DNA from: Macrostomum hystrix
Taxonomy: Eukaryota > Animalia > Platyhelminthes
Reading direction: 5' to 3'
Assembly (NCBI GenBank): GCA_950097015.1
Contig: CATNEN010000038.1
Span: forward strand, 18,290,001 to 18,354,000
DNA: 64,000 bases
The position numbers were made by a program, and so were the translations under genes. The notes under the pieces are model-generated. The model saw only the letters and a list, made by a program, of their open reading frames with translations, made no database searches and was not told where the DNA came from. The first letter of the stretch is position 1. Every line of letters starts with the position of its first letter. Of the stretch, positions 37,392-48,581 are shown in pieces.

Positions 37392-38550
37392 GCTTTTTGC
37401 AGACCATGTGATCATTCGAGCATTCGATTTAATCCACAGTGGCAAAATCCAAGCGTTTAAGGCCGATTTTCAAGTTGTCTATGGCCAAAAGTACGACCAT
37501 AGAGCAATCGATTTGATCCTTCGGACACGCATTTAGTCCCGCACCATAGATTTTATATGCCACTGTGTACGGTATATAAACAGAAAAGGAACTGTGGCTT
37601 CGGCTTTGTCCCTTTTTCAAAGGGAAACATTAAACAGTGTCAAAAAATCACCTCCCCCGCAACTCAGCGAGGCAGGTAGCGCAGCATATGCCGGAATCAG
37701 CCTCCGCACTTAACCACTGTGATGTCCGCTGTCGCTTCTTCTGCGATCCTGTGCAGCACGAGGGTACGCCACTCGCGTAGTGTGGTCTCTGGAGCCGGGT
37801 TGTCCAGTTCCAGCTGCACTTGTGGCTGGGAGAGCTGTCGCTTGATCACCGCCTTCAGGCACGAGTGCGCGCTCTCTACCGGATTAAGGAACGGCGAGTA
37901 CGTAGGCAGCACCACGACGCGCCAGTTAGCCGCGAATTACTCGGGAATCCGCACTCCGTTGTGGAATCGAGCGCCATCCATGATGATGCAGAACTGCAGG
38001 TCGGCATTGTTAAAGTCATCGCGGTTGCTGACTGCATGGAGCAGCTCTTCAACGAATGCCTGGAACAAGTTCGCGGTCAGGGTCTGGCAGACGATCCAGT
38101 GGAGGACAAGGCCGAGGTCCGGTGCAATGGCCTGAAGGACGTTCACCTGCACTCCTCGTTGTGTGTGCAGCACGCGCTGGACTCGCTGACCCCGTTGACA
38201 GCGCTCACTACCAGCTCGTACTTCTCGTCGCTTATCTTGCGATATGGCCCTCGTTCCACGGGCTCGTCAACTTCGTCGATGGAATCAAAGCTGTCCTCAC
38301 TTTCTTCGTCGAACATAATGTTAGCTGCTTCGCTCTCTGGCGTCTGATGATAACTGTCTAGTCTGTGTTCTAGGGCAAACATTAACAACCAAACAGTGGA
38401 GAGAGGCATAAATGCGTGTCCGAAAGATCAAATCGATTGCACTATGGTCATACTTTTGGCCATAGACAACGTGAAAATCGGCCTGAAACGCTTGGATTTT
38501 GCCACTGTGGATTAAATCAAATGCTTCGGATCAAATAGTCTGCAAAAAGC
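37392..38550 (-). mobile_element. Internally deleted Tc1/IS630-like element with ~145-bp TIRs
   Basis: TA|GCTTTTTGCAGAC...GTCTGCAAAAAGC|TA. Remnant transposase has an acidic N-terminus (ATG 38316) and the segment MDGARFH..*..LPTYSPFLNPVE with an internal stop. Confidence 0.88.
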
Positions 38551-40204
38551 TATAATAGTTCTAGTTAAGTTTTAATGCTGCTCAAGTTGTGCAAGTTCTT
38601 TTTATTTCTCCAGATGTCTGTGAGTTGTCTATGGTAAACGTTCCGGTTATATGCCCCGGCAAATGAAAGACATAAACTGCGTTGGCGGGCAAACGGGGAA
38701 TACATTGCAAAGGACCGTTTGCCATTTCAGCTATAGTGCGCCATTTAATCTCTGTGGGTGATAAGGCTACCCACAGATCGCAGCTCAAACACAAAGCTAT
38801 ATTTTTATTATTCCGCTACCAAAAAGTGGTTTCATGATGATGCTTTAAAAATAAAAAAAAATCCATCGTGTCTGTGGCGCAGTCAGTTGGTTGCACTTTT
38901 GATTTCGGCCGCTGTAAAAGCCGGCAAAATCTGGCACCGCCCCGTTCGGCGTAAAAACCGCGGCAAGATAATCCTTTAATTGCAGGCAACGTAGCTTTGC
39001 TGGTAGGCATAGCGCCGGGATTACGCGCGGGATTAGGCCAAGCTCGGATCTGGGAAGCCTTTTCGCAGAGCTGAGCCGGAGCGTCTGTCGGTCCTTCCAC
39101 AACACTTGATGCATGACGCGCCGCGACAGGCTCGATGTTACGATCGCTTTCTCACTCACTCTCTCTTCCCCTTACCAGAGCACCCGACTCGGACTCTGCT
39201 GCTGCCGCTGCTGCTGCGAAGCGTGCGGTAAAGCTGACTATCGATTGGAGGATTTGCGTGGTCGAACTTGTTTGGTCGAACTTTGATCTGATAAGTGTGA
39301 TGGTAGGGGTCTACAGCCAGCCGGCGATTGTCATCTCCCCTTGTTGCGACCCCGCCCCGATATTAAAACCGCGTGTTGACTCTCGTGCGGACTTTTATTA
39401 TATAGTCCAGCGCACTTTGAATACACAAATTTGGTCTGGAAGGTTCGATTTAGTAGCTACATAGCTCCAAGGCACTGGCATGCCACTAGTAGGCCATTTA
39501 ACAGTCGGGGCTTTGGCTTAAATTATGTCTCTTCGATCAATGTCAATTTCCGGTTTGAAATTATCTTTAAAAGCCGTGTCCAATCCAACTGGAAAATTAA
39601 AAATCCGACAGACAAAAACAGCCATGTTACAGTAGCTCGTTACAGTACTGTAATGACCCGACCAAACTACTTAAAAACCACAAGTAGAGTAGTGTGCATT
39701 TTTCTAAGAATTGATCTTTTACAGACTTTTATAGAGAATAAATGCTCACTCGAATAAAAGCATCTAGCAGGGATAAAAAAGCATAAATCAGACCCCAATG
39801 AATTATTTATATAACTATAGACTATTAGTAATTATAGACTAATTAAGAGAGTGTAGAGTTACAAAGGGCAAATACGAGCTTCAGTCACAAAGCACACAAT
39901 CTCGTGAAAAAGTCTCGTTTTATTTCATTTTCTTGGTCACCTAACCACATCAAGCAGTGACTTTGACACAAACCAAATTCATTTCCTGAAGCAACTGCGT
40001 GAAAAAAATTCGTTTCTTCCTAGGAAGATTCTTGGAGAAGCAAGCGCGTTCATTGGCTGGATTGAGAGCCAATAGCAATGTAGGCAGAGGACTTTTTCTC
40101 TGGTTTAAATCTTGCGGCATTCAACTCAACCTGCGCGCGCCTACAAAGAAGCAGAACTGGACATAATTCAACAGAAGCCAATTAGCTAGATCAACTCGAA
40201 GAAC

Positions 40205-41330
40205 ATGTCAGAGGAACCGCGGACGGAATTCGACGCCTTAAACTCGACAAAGTAAGCAATGGCGTTGTATTGTGCAGTATTGTATATTTAAACATCTGAG
40301 ATTTAAAACGTTTTTCAACATCCATGTTTCGCCATGTTTGTAGAGGTTGTAGCCTAGTGGTTAGGGCGTCGGACTAACGACTTGAAGGTCGGGGGTTCGA
40401 TTCCCGACTCCACTGAAACAATTTGTGTCCTTTAGCAAGACACTTAACTCTGCATTGCTTCAGTTCACCCAGCTGTTAAATGGGTACCAGCATTAGCTGG
40501 GATAATTGAAGGTGGGTGTGGCGTCCCCCCAGTCCATGGACTGAACAGCTGTACGCAGCCTTCAGATGCGCCGCGCAATAGCTGCGGCTGTGCTGTCAGC
40601 TGCACATCTGGCCCGATTGGGGCAGGTGTAATCAATTATTATTATTATTATTATGTTTCGCATTTTCAATGGACACTGACCAATGCTCACCAGTATAAAG
40701 TAAAGGCATCCATCTTAGATTATATTTTTTTCTTTTAACATGGGGACTAGCTTTTACCAACCCCCTTAACTATTCGGGCTATAGAGTGTTGTTGTAGAAG
40801 ATATGCTGCCTATTGCGTGTGTATTGAATGGCCCTTCGGTCGATAAAAAATCGTAAAACTTCAATCCAGGCCTGAAAAAAACGAAAGCTTTGATTGAAGA
40901 GCTGCTGTGAACAACGCATAAAAAAACGAAATAAAATAATACAGTCGAGTACATTTAACATGTGAAGAATGTTACTGTCACATACTTCCAATTACGAGGT
41001 GGGCACTTTTCTAGTACAAACTGAGAGCCTTAAGAGCCTCATCGACTGTTCAACAACCATCTTTAGCTGATTAACTCGTGGTAATGCTCGTTCGCATACT
41101 TTCCTGGAAAAAAAGTGAAAAACCACTACAAAGATAAGTCTTACCTCTTCAATCCCGAGGACGAAATGAAGAAGTCCTTGTGCCACGCGTCCCGTATGAC
41201 CTAAACTTTTAGTTTACTAGGCTTAATAATAATAATAGTTGCAGGAGGGCTACGGGCAATGGCACATCATTTGGTGACACTAGACCCGCAGCCAGCGAGG
41301 AGGCAATTCTGCCCGTTTCCCTAAATCCTG

Positions 41331-41371
<41 letters not shown>

Positions 41372-42872
41372 ACCGTACGCAGGCACACGCTCACACAGGT
41401 GTGTACACCTGCCCTGAATTTCTCACCGTCAGGCAGTGTACATTTCACTTTGCCATGGAGGTTGGCAAAAAGGGCGTTAACTGCATGACAAGCATCCAAG
41501 CCTTCTCTCCGCGGCTGTGCCCCAAATAAATGTTGCCTCGCCACGGAATCGAACTTACGAGTAGGGACCAATTGTTACGAGAGGCAAACGCATTAACCTC
41601 TCTGCCACCGACTCCCTGTTTACTTGGCTTTCTTAATAGATAACTTATAAAACACTGCAAATGTCATGACATTGCTGCACTTTTCTTGCCATTCCACGCA
41701 CTGACAGCTTTGGCACAAAGGTGTTGAAAAGCGAGCTAGTGGTCCTGGACATCAGCCTGACCATCGTCATTGCCCTATTCGGCCTTGGTGGCAACGCTCT
41801 GACGGTTCGTGTACTACGAGAGCCCAATCTTAGGCGAACTAGCACGGCATTCTACTTCACACTTCTGGCAGCGGTTGACATTCTCGTCCTGCTGATCGGG
41901 CCGGCCTCCAAGGCTTTGTCGGCGATTATCTACAAGGACGAGCGCCAGCTGAGAGACTCGCACATTCTGGTGTGCAAGGCGCAGCTGTTTCTGAACTACT
42001 CCGTTTGCCAGATCAGCGCCTGGGTGCTGGTGGCAGTCACTATTGACCGGATGATCTGGGTTCGCTGGCCTTTCAAGGCTCGTCAGCTGTGCACCATTCC
42101 TAGAGCAGCTCTAGTTGTGCTGCTGATTGTGCTACTAATTAGCGGAATTAACGCCAGACACCTATGGTATTCTATACTGCAACCGATTGAGCCAAATTCA
42201 ACTATATATACCTGCACCATCAACGACACATTTATCAGGGACACCTATGTGACGTACATAGACCCATCGCTGATCACAATTGGCCCATTTCTGGTCATGC
42301 TGACAGCCAATCTGGTCATCATTCGCAAGCTGCACCAAATGCGGGCCAGGCGCGAGAAGAATCTGCACAAGGGACGTCAAAACAGGAAGGAGGGCGGCAG
42401 TCTGACCAAAATGCTGATGTGCGCCAACTTTTTCTACTTGGTCTCCTCTCTGCCCTACCTAGTTCTGATCTCCGTGCTAAAGGAACACCGTCACGAGATT
42501 CTTAAACACCCAGTCCTATCCAATGTGGTCTACGGCATTCAGATCTTTGTCTACGGTCTGTTCAACCTCAACTACGCCATCCACTTCCTGCTCTACTGCC
42601 TGGCCGGCCAGACATTCAAAGCCGAAGCGTTTCGACTGCTCCGAATCCGACAGCGAACTGGCGGCCAAGCGGCGGCTGGCGCGACCGCAGCGGCGATTCC
42701 GGCGGCCGAAGTCAAGGAGGCCGATGACAACCCTGAAGATGACGACGAGAACAAGCGATTGCAGCTGCACGACGCCTCGATTGAAGCCAAAGCCGCCGAC
42801 GTCGCCGCTGTGGTCGCCGACAATGTTGGCGATGATCAGAGAGAAGCTGTGGAACTTTTGCCGCGCAATTAA
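40205..42872 (+). CDS. Class A (rhodopsin-family) GPCR, peptide-receptor-like
   Basis: Exon 1 at 40205-40251 (MSEEPRTEFDALNST, phase 2) joins exon 2 at 41708-42872. Seven TMs with GN, LAAVD, C..DRM, GPF, SLPY and NYAIHFLLY. Confidence 0.9.
40343..40654 (+). mobile_element. tRNA-derived CORE-like SINE (family B) in the GPCR intron
   Basis: A box TAGCCTAGTGG, B box GGTTCGATTCC, CORE-like TGTGTCCTTTAGCAAGACACTTAAC..CTGTTAAATGGGTACC and an (ATT)n tail. A decayed head fragment lies on the minus strand at ~59866-59915. Confidence 0.85.
41225..41615 (-). mobile_element. SINE family A, full-length copy with (TTA)n tail and internal (CA)n expansion
   Basis: Reverse complement of 861-1118 plus the tail shared with 52666-52921. 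Confidence 0.85.
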
Positions 42873-43802
42873 ACTGTGAGATTTTAAAGATTTAGCAAAG
42901 CCGTAACAGAAAAAGCACCCCCATGACTCGTTAAAGACTTTCTTTTGTTTCGCTTTGTCGAATTCCGCACAATTTAATTGTATGTACATTTTATGTCGAT
43001 AGAACTTCAGAAAAAGTACACTTCAGCTTAAACTAAAAGTACACCGTCAAGAACTAAGACTATACAGCAGCCATAAGTACGCAAAAATTAAAGAATACTA
43101 TAATTTAACTGTAACATTGTTGATTTTTGTCAAAGTTAGACAATATAGCTATTTGTGTCTATTACACACACCTGCCATCTTTACTTGCATCTGTGATCTA
43201 AAACCCGCGTTTACTTTCTTCATCACTCAATTAATGAAACCCTACCTAATACTTTGCACTTCGTAAAGAAGCTGAATAAAAACTTTTAAAAGCAAAAATG
43301 CTTCCGAGACGCGTCATTTACGTAAAGGCACTTAGGTGAATACTAAGAGCTTAATGCAGTCAAGAGTAAAGATTTATGACGCGAAAGGCATATAGCAACT
43401 AACTGCTGCACTTCTTAATAATTCATTACGACAATATCAAGCCTAAACAATGGTATGGCAGTTAATATAATGAACAGCCTGATTCAAGAGAGTTTAATGA
43501 AGCATTAGTAATAACAATGTTCCGCCTAATTGAGAAAAGGACAACATTTCAGAAAGCACAAAATGTTTGTGTCCCGAGAGAATAAAAAAGTAGTACGATC
43601 TTGGATTGTTAATCCAGAAATGGGACCAGACCAGATGGGATGCCTCATGTACTAATCATCCAGCCATCTGGCTATTAGGAACAGATGATGAATTATTAAC
43701 AGAAGGAAATTAACCCACACACTTCATGTTGACTACCATTAGCAGTCGACAGAAGAGCAGTCTATACAATAATCCAACAAAACTGTGCGCAATGCTTAAC
43801 AG

Positions 43803-44090
43803 TAGAAATTCGCTTCCATTTCGCTGACTCCTGTGCACACACGCACACAGATACTGTACGCAGGCACACGCTCACACAGGTGTGTACATCTGCCCTGACT
43901 TTCTCATCGTCAGGCAGTGTACACTCTCACTGTGCCTTGGAGGTTGGCCCTCAAGGGCGTAAATTGCACGACAAGCCCCCAAGCCTTCTCTCCGCGGCTG
44001 CGCCCCAAATCAATGTGGCCTCGCCGTGGAATCAAACTTAGGGACCGTGGTGCGAGAGGCAAACGCGATAACCGCTCTGCCACCGACCCC
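43803..44090 (-). mobile_element. SINE family A copy (tail missing)
   Basis: Reverse-complement match to 861-1118. Confidence 0.85.
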
Positions 44091-44269
44091 CTTCGATAGC
44101 TCCCAAACCAAATGACCGATTAGTACCGAAATTCCATCGCCCTTTACAATGAAAGAACCTTCAAAGCCGTCCGAGTCAGCATCGTCCAGATATTCAGCGT
44201 GTCTTGTCAAATGGCGAATCCATATTGGCTTAAAATGTACTCCATTTCACCTCCTATTCAAAAGAAACA

Positions 44270-45708
44270 AACAGAACTTCAATTCAAAACAAATTAAGAA
44301 ATACTCGTATCAGCGCTTGCGGGAATTCAGTTCAAACAAAGTCGCTTTCAATTAAAACAGAAGAAATTCAATTCAGACTGTCTATGGTCAAAATTGTCCC
44401 CGAGTGACGCGCACGCGCAAACTTGAAACTCAAAAGAAAGAAAGTCACATTCTATTTCAACAGACTCAAGAGGTAAAACACAACAAATCGACGAACGTAT
44501 AAGAGTAAAATGAAAAACAGGTACAAGACAGTGTCAGTTGGTCAACTTCAATGCGACACCTAACCATCAATTGCCTGTCCACCAAGGCAGCGAGGGACGT
44601 ATGTAAATACATGGTTGAACCATTCAGTGCACTTGTCCGCAGAGATGCAGCCTATGGTTCTGTCCACCATGTTGTACAGAATGTCTCGCCGATAGGCCGT
44701 CATCGACTGATTCCCTCACAATTGATTCCCTCCCTGACCTCACAATTGTGTACGCCGTTGACCTCTTGACTCCAAGTTGGCGCACCAGTTCCACAAAGTC
44801 ATCCCCACGATCAGCAGCCTTGATGGTACGGTCTGTCACTGTTGCTTACAGTAGCGTACCGACGAGGCTGCTGTTACACGATATCTTCATCGACTTCTGC
44901 TTCAAATTCATCGATTCTTTGACTTGAGCGGCTTTCATCTCTTTTGAGATTCGCCCTCATGGGTTACATGTTTTCTGGTGCCTACTCTTACTCTTTTCCT
45001 GTCCACACTTCGGGCACGGTGCGTACGCTGGTTTGTACTTCCTTCCTCCTGCCTGGTGTTGCTCGTTCTATTGGTCAGTGTCTTCTGGCGTTGTGGATGT
45101 TTCCGCTTTTTGCTTACATCTCTTCTTATGTCTGCTTGCGTTTTTGTCGCCCCATAGGTCTTTTCCGCAATGTTTACATAACCTTCCTTCACAGGTTTTC
45201 CTGTGATTAACTAGATTTGCGAACTGCTGGAAATCCTCGCCGCATACCTCGCACTTGGCGTCCTGCTTTTCATCTTTATGCATCCTTTTTACATGGATGG
45301 TCAGACCGCCTGCACTCTTGCACACTTTTTCGCACACTACATACGTGTCCACCTTCCTCTTCATCGATTCCTTCTTTTTCCAGCAATTCATCGTCTTCTT
45401 CAATCTGATCTTCAGCATTCATATCGTTTCTTGTTGCGCAAAGATTGCACAGTTATGCAGTGCAGGAAAAACAGAAAATTAGATGAATGTAATAAAAATT
45501 TGTATCTGTGTCAAAAATCTCTGTTGAAATAGTCTAATGACTTTGTTTCTTTTGAGTTTCAAGTTTGCGCGTGCGCGTCACTCGGGGACAATTTTGGCCA
45601 TAGACAGTCTGAATTGAATTTCTTCTGTTTCAATAGAAAGCGACTTTGTTTGAACTGAATTTCCGCAAGCGCTGATATTTCTTAAAGTGCTTGAATTGAA
45701 GTCCGTTG
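44270..45708 (-). mobile_element. Defective long-TIR Tc1-like element (TIRs ~180 bp) with nested LINE fragment
   Basis: 44270-44450 is the reverse complement of 45530-45708. Transposase remnant from ATG 45422: MNAEDQIEEDDE..QPRRYATVSNSDR..DDFVELVRQLGVKRSTAYTIVR (HTH). Outer boundaries approximate. Confidence 0.8.
44918..45359 (-). mobile_element. Inserted zinc-finger-encoding segment, probably the 3' end of a LINE
   Basis: 11-bp direct repeat TTCATCGATTC at 44907-44917 and 45360-45370. Four decayed C2H2/C2HC fingers followed by a short TCAAGTCAAA tail. Confidence 0.7.
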
Positions 45709-46263
45709 AACATGTACCCGATGTTTTGTGATTCTGGAAGTTTTTTCATGGGATAAGATTGCGAGAGCAGTCAAGCAGAAGCAGAACTGACACCGGCTGT
45801 CAGAATCGCACCTGTTTGACTGTTCCGGGACTTAGGATACATAACGCTGAGTCAGGAAGTTCTTTCACACCGGGACAAGATCCGTGTTAGCACAAAGACA
45901 GAAAAAAATCAATGGTGAACGGTGATCTTAAAAAAAGAATGTCAAAAAGTAGGAAACGGTGACAGGTTAACATTTTCGAGAGTCGCATTTTTTTCTAGAC
46001 AGATAGAAGCGAGACAAATGCTATTGTTAATAATATAAGTCTTCGAGGCTGAAATAATCGAGTGTCTTGTTGCAAGGTACGGAAAAAAGAACGCAAAATA
46101 CATTAGAGCAATCCATGATAGGCACATTTTGAAGCTGAATTATAATGCGAAGCTAGCAATAGAATATCTGATATTTGCGAGAAAAGAATGGAAAAGAGGA
46201 TCACAGTTCTATTGCACTTGACAATGGGAGGAAGACGTGTTGATGCAGTTCGCTGCAGAAATA

Positions 46264-47567
46264 CGAGGGTTGTCATAAATTCACTGAAAAACTTACATAG
46301 CGTCTGTTTCCTTTGTACTTTGGGGCAGAATGTTTTTATACAGACTAAGGCACCATCGATCATATTGTCTATGGAAAATCTTGCCTCTGGCTTTTGAGAC
46401 AAGGCAGAAATCGAGTGGGATTCAAACCACCCTTTTATCCAGTATGGAGAAAAGTGAAGCTACCAAGCGCGTCTTTTGGTCTTTGTGGAAGAAGCAGAAG
46501 AAGCAGGCTGATATTTACCGTGAGCTGCTGCAAATCTTTAGCGAGGATGCACCTTCGAAACAAACTGTGTCAAAGTGGGTGCAGCGCTTTGAGGACGGCT
46601 GGGAAACAGTTGAGGATGCTCCCCGCCCAGGTGCACCGCGGTCATCCACTTCCGGTGACAACATCCAGCGTGTGCAGCATGCCCTGGACGATGATCGTGG
46701 AGCAACCCTGAGGCAGTTAGAGGACTTGTTGGGGATACCAATGAAGAGCATTCATTGCATCATCTCCGACCATCTGCATATGACACGAGTTGTTGTACGA
46801 TGGGTCCCTAAACTGCTGACTCCTGTCCAACTGCAAGAGGATCCAGATGTGCCGCCACCTGCTCAACGCCTATCAAAACGAGCCCGACTTTCTTGGCCGC
46901 CTGGTGACTGGTGATGAAACGTGGTTTCACTTCTACGAACCAGAAACGAAACGGCAGAGCAGCGTCTGGAAGGCTACTCACGAACCCCCACCGGTCAAGG
47001 CCAAGGCGGTGCAGTCAGCAGGTAAGCGCATGGCCACCGTGTTCTGGGACAGAAGGCATCTTGCTGATCGAGTGGCTACCTGAAGGCAGAACCATCAATG
47101 CCCAGTACTACTGTGAAATATTGGAACGGCTGCGTAAGAAGATCAAGAGTGAGCGCCGGGGAAGGATCACCAGGGGCATTGTGCTGCAGCAGGACAACGC
47201 CAGGCCGCATACCTGCAATGCAACTATGGATGTCATCAGGAGACTAGGCTTCGAGTTGCTGCCTCACCCTGCCTATTCTCCTGACCTGGCCCCCAGTGAC
47301 TACTGGTTGTTCCCTAAAATGAAAGAGCCTCCTCGTGGCCATCGCTATGGAAGCCTTTCTGCACTCAGCTCGGCCATCAGCCAGTGGGTACGAGGGACCC
47401 CCACCGAATTCTTCGCCCAGGGCATCAGCAAGCTGCCAGAGAGATGGCACGAATGTGTGCAGCTTGGGGGGTGACTATGTTGAGAAGTGCAATGTTGACA
47501 ATTAGCTGTTCTTTGTTTTGTTTCTTTGATATCTGCAGTTGTCAGCGAAATATTGACACAACCCTCG
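46264..47567 (+). mobile_element. Mariner (DD34D) with frameshifted transposase pseudogene
   Basis: TA|CGAGGGTTGT...ACAACCCTCG|TA ends. ATG 46444, WVPKLL, GDETW, QDNARPH and YSPDLAPSD are spread over three frames. Confidence 0.92.
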
Positions 47568-47687
47568 TAGAATGGAAATTACGCTTGTAAGGAACACTTG
47601 TGTTAAGAACACAATTGAACGCTATGCAATCATCGCAACAACGCTTTTCAATCTGGGGCACAATGAGAGATGAATTAAAGAAGGAAA

Positions 47688-48185
47688 TATTACTGTAATG
47701 TACATTGGGGGACAGGAAGAGAGAGGAATGAGGGAAGGAAGGATAACTGTAATGTACATTGGGGGACAGGAAGAGAGAGGAATGAGGGAAGGAAAGATAA
47801 CTGTAATGTACATTGGGGGGACAGGAAGAGAGAGGAATGAGGGAAGGAAGGATTACTGTAATGTACATTGGGGGACAGGAAGAGAGAGGATTGAGGGAAG
47901 GAAGGATAAATGTAATGTACATTAAGGGACAGGAATAGAGAGGAATGAGGGAAGGAAAGATAACAACTGTAATGTACATTGGGGGACAGGAATAGAGAGG
48001 AATGAGGGAAGGAAGGATTACTGTAATGTACATTGGGGGACAGGAAGAGAGAGGAATGAGGGAAGGAAGGATTACTGTAATGTACATTGGGGGACAGGAA
48101 GAGAGAGGAATGAGGGAAGGAAGGATTACTGTAATGTACATTGGGGGACAGGAAGAGAGAGGATTGAGGGAAGGAAAGATAACTG
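47688..48185. repeat. ~54-bp purine-rich minisatellite
   Basis: About 9 copies of ACTGTAATGTACATTGGGGGACAGGAAGAGAGAGGAATGAGGGAAGGAAGGATT. Confidence 0.92.
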
Positions 48186-48581
48186 GTTAAGGGAGAGAGG
48201 GGAACGGTGTATTGAAACGGTGGAATGTGCATATGGTTGAAAATAAAAAAGACAGAATTAGATAATTAGAATACCTTTTTAAGACGTACTACAAAAATAT
48301 TATGATATTCATAATATTTACTACAAAAATTAAAGTTCATGCATTTTTGGAAAAATATGATGTTGGGAATAAAGGACATTGTTAAAACTGATTATTGGTC
48401 GCCAAGACAAGCATTCTGTACTTTCTATTATTTCTAGCCATACACACTCGACTGTTTAGATTCCTGCAATAAAAGCATTGTAAGGTTTATAAAAATGATG
48501 TGCACAGTCTTATGGATAGCAAGGTTGGGTCACGTTCTCTTCCATAGTGACTGAAATGGAGTGATAGCTGGAGTTAAATAC

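Noticed and set aside
40343-40415. Functional tRNA gene (also the SINE head at 861-935)
   Set aside because: The acceptor and anticodon stems pair poorly, and the sequence continues into a SINE body and tail.
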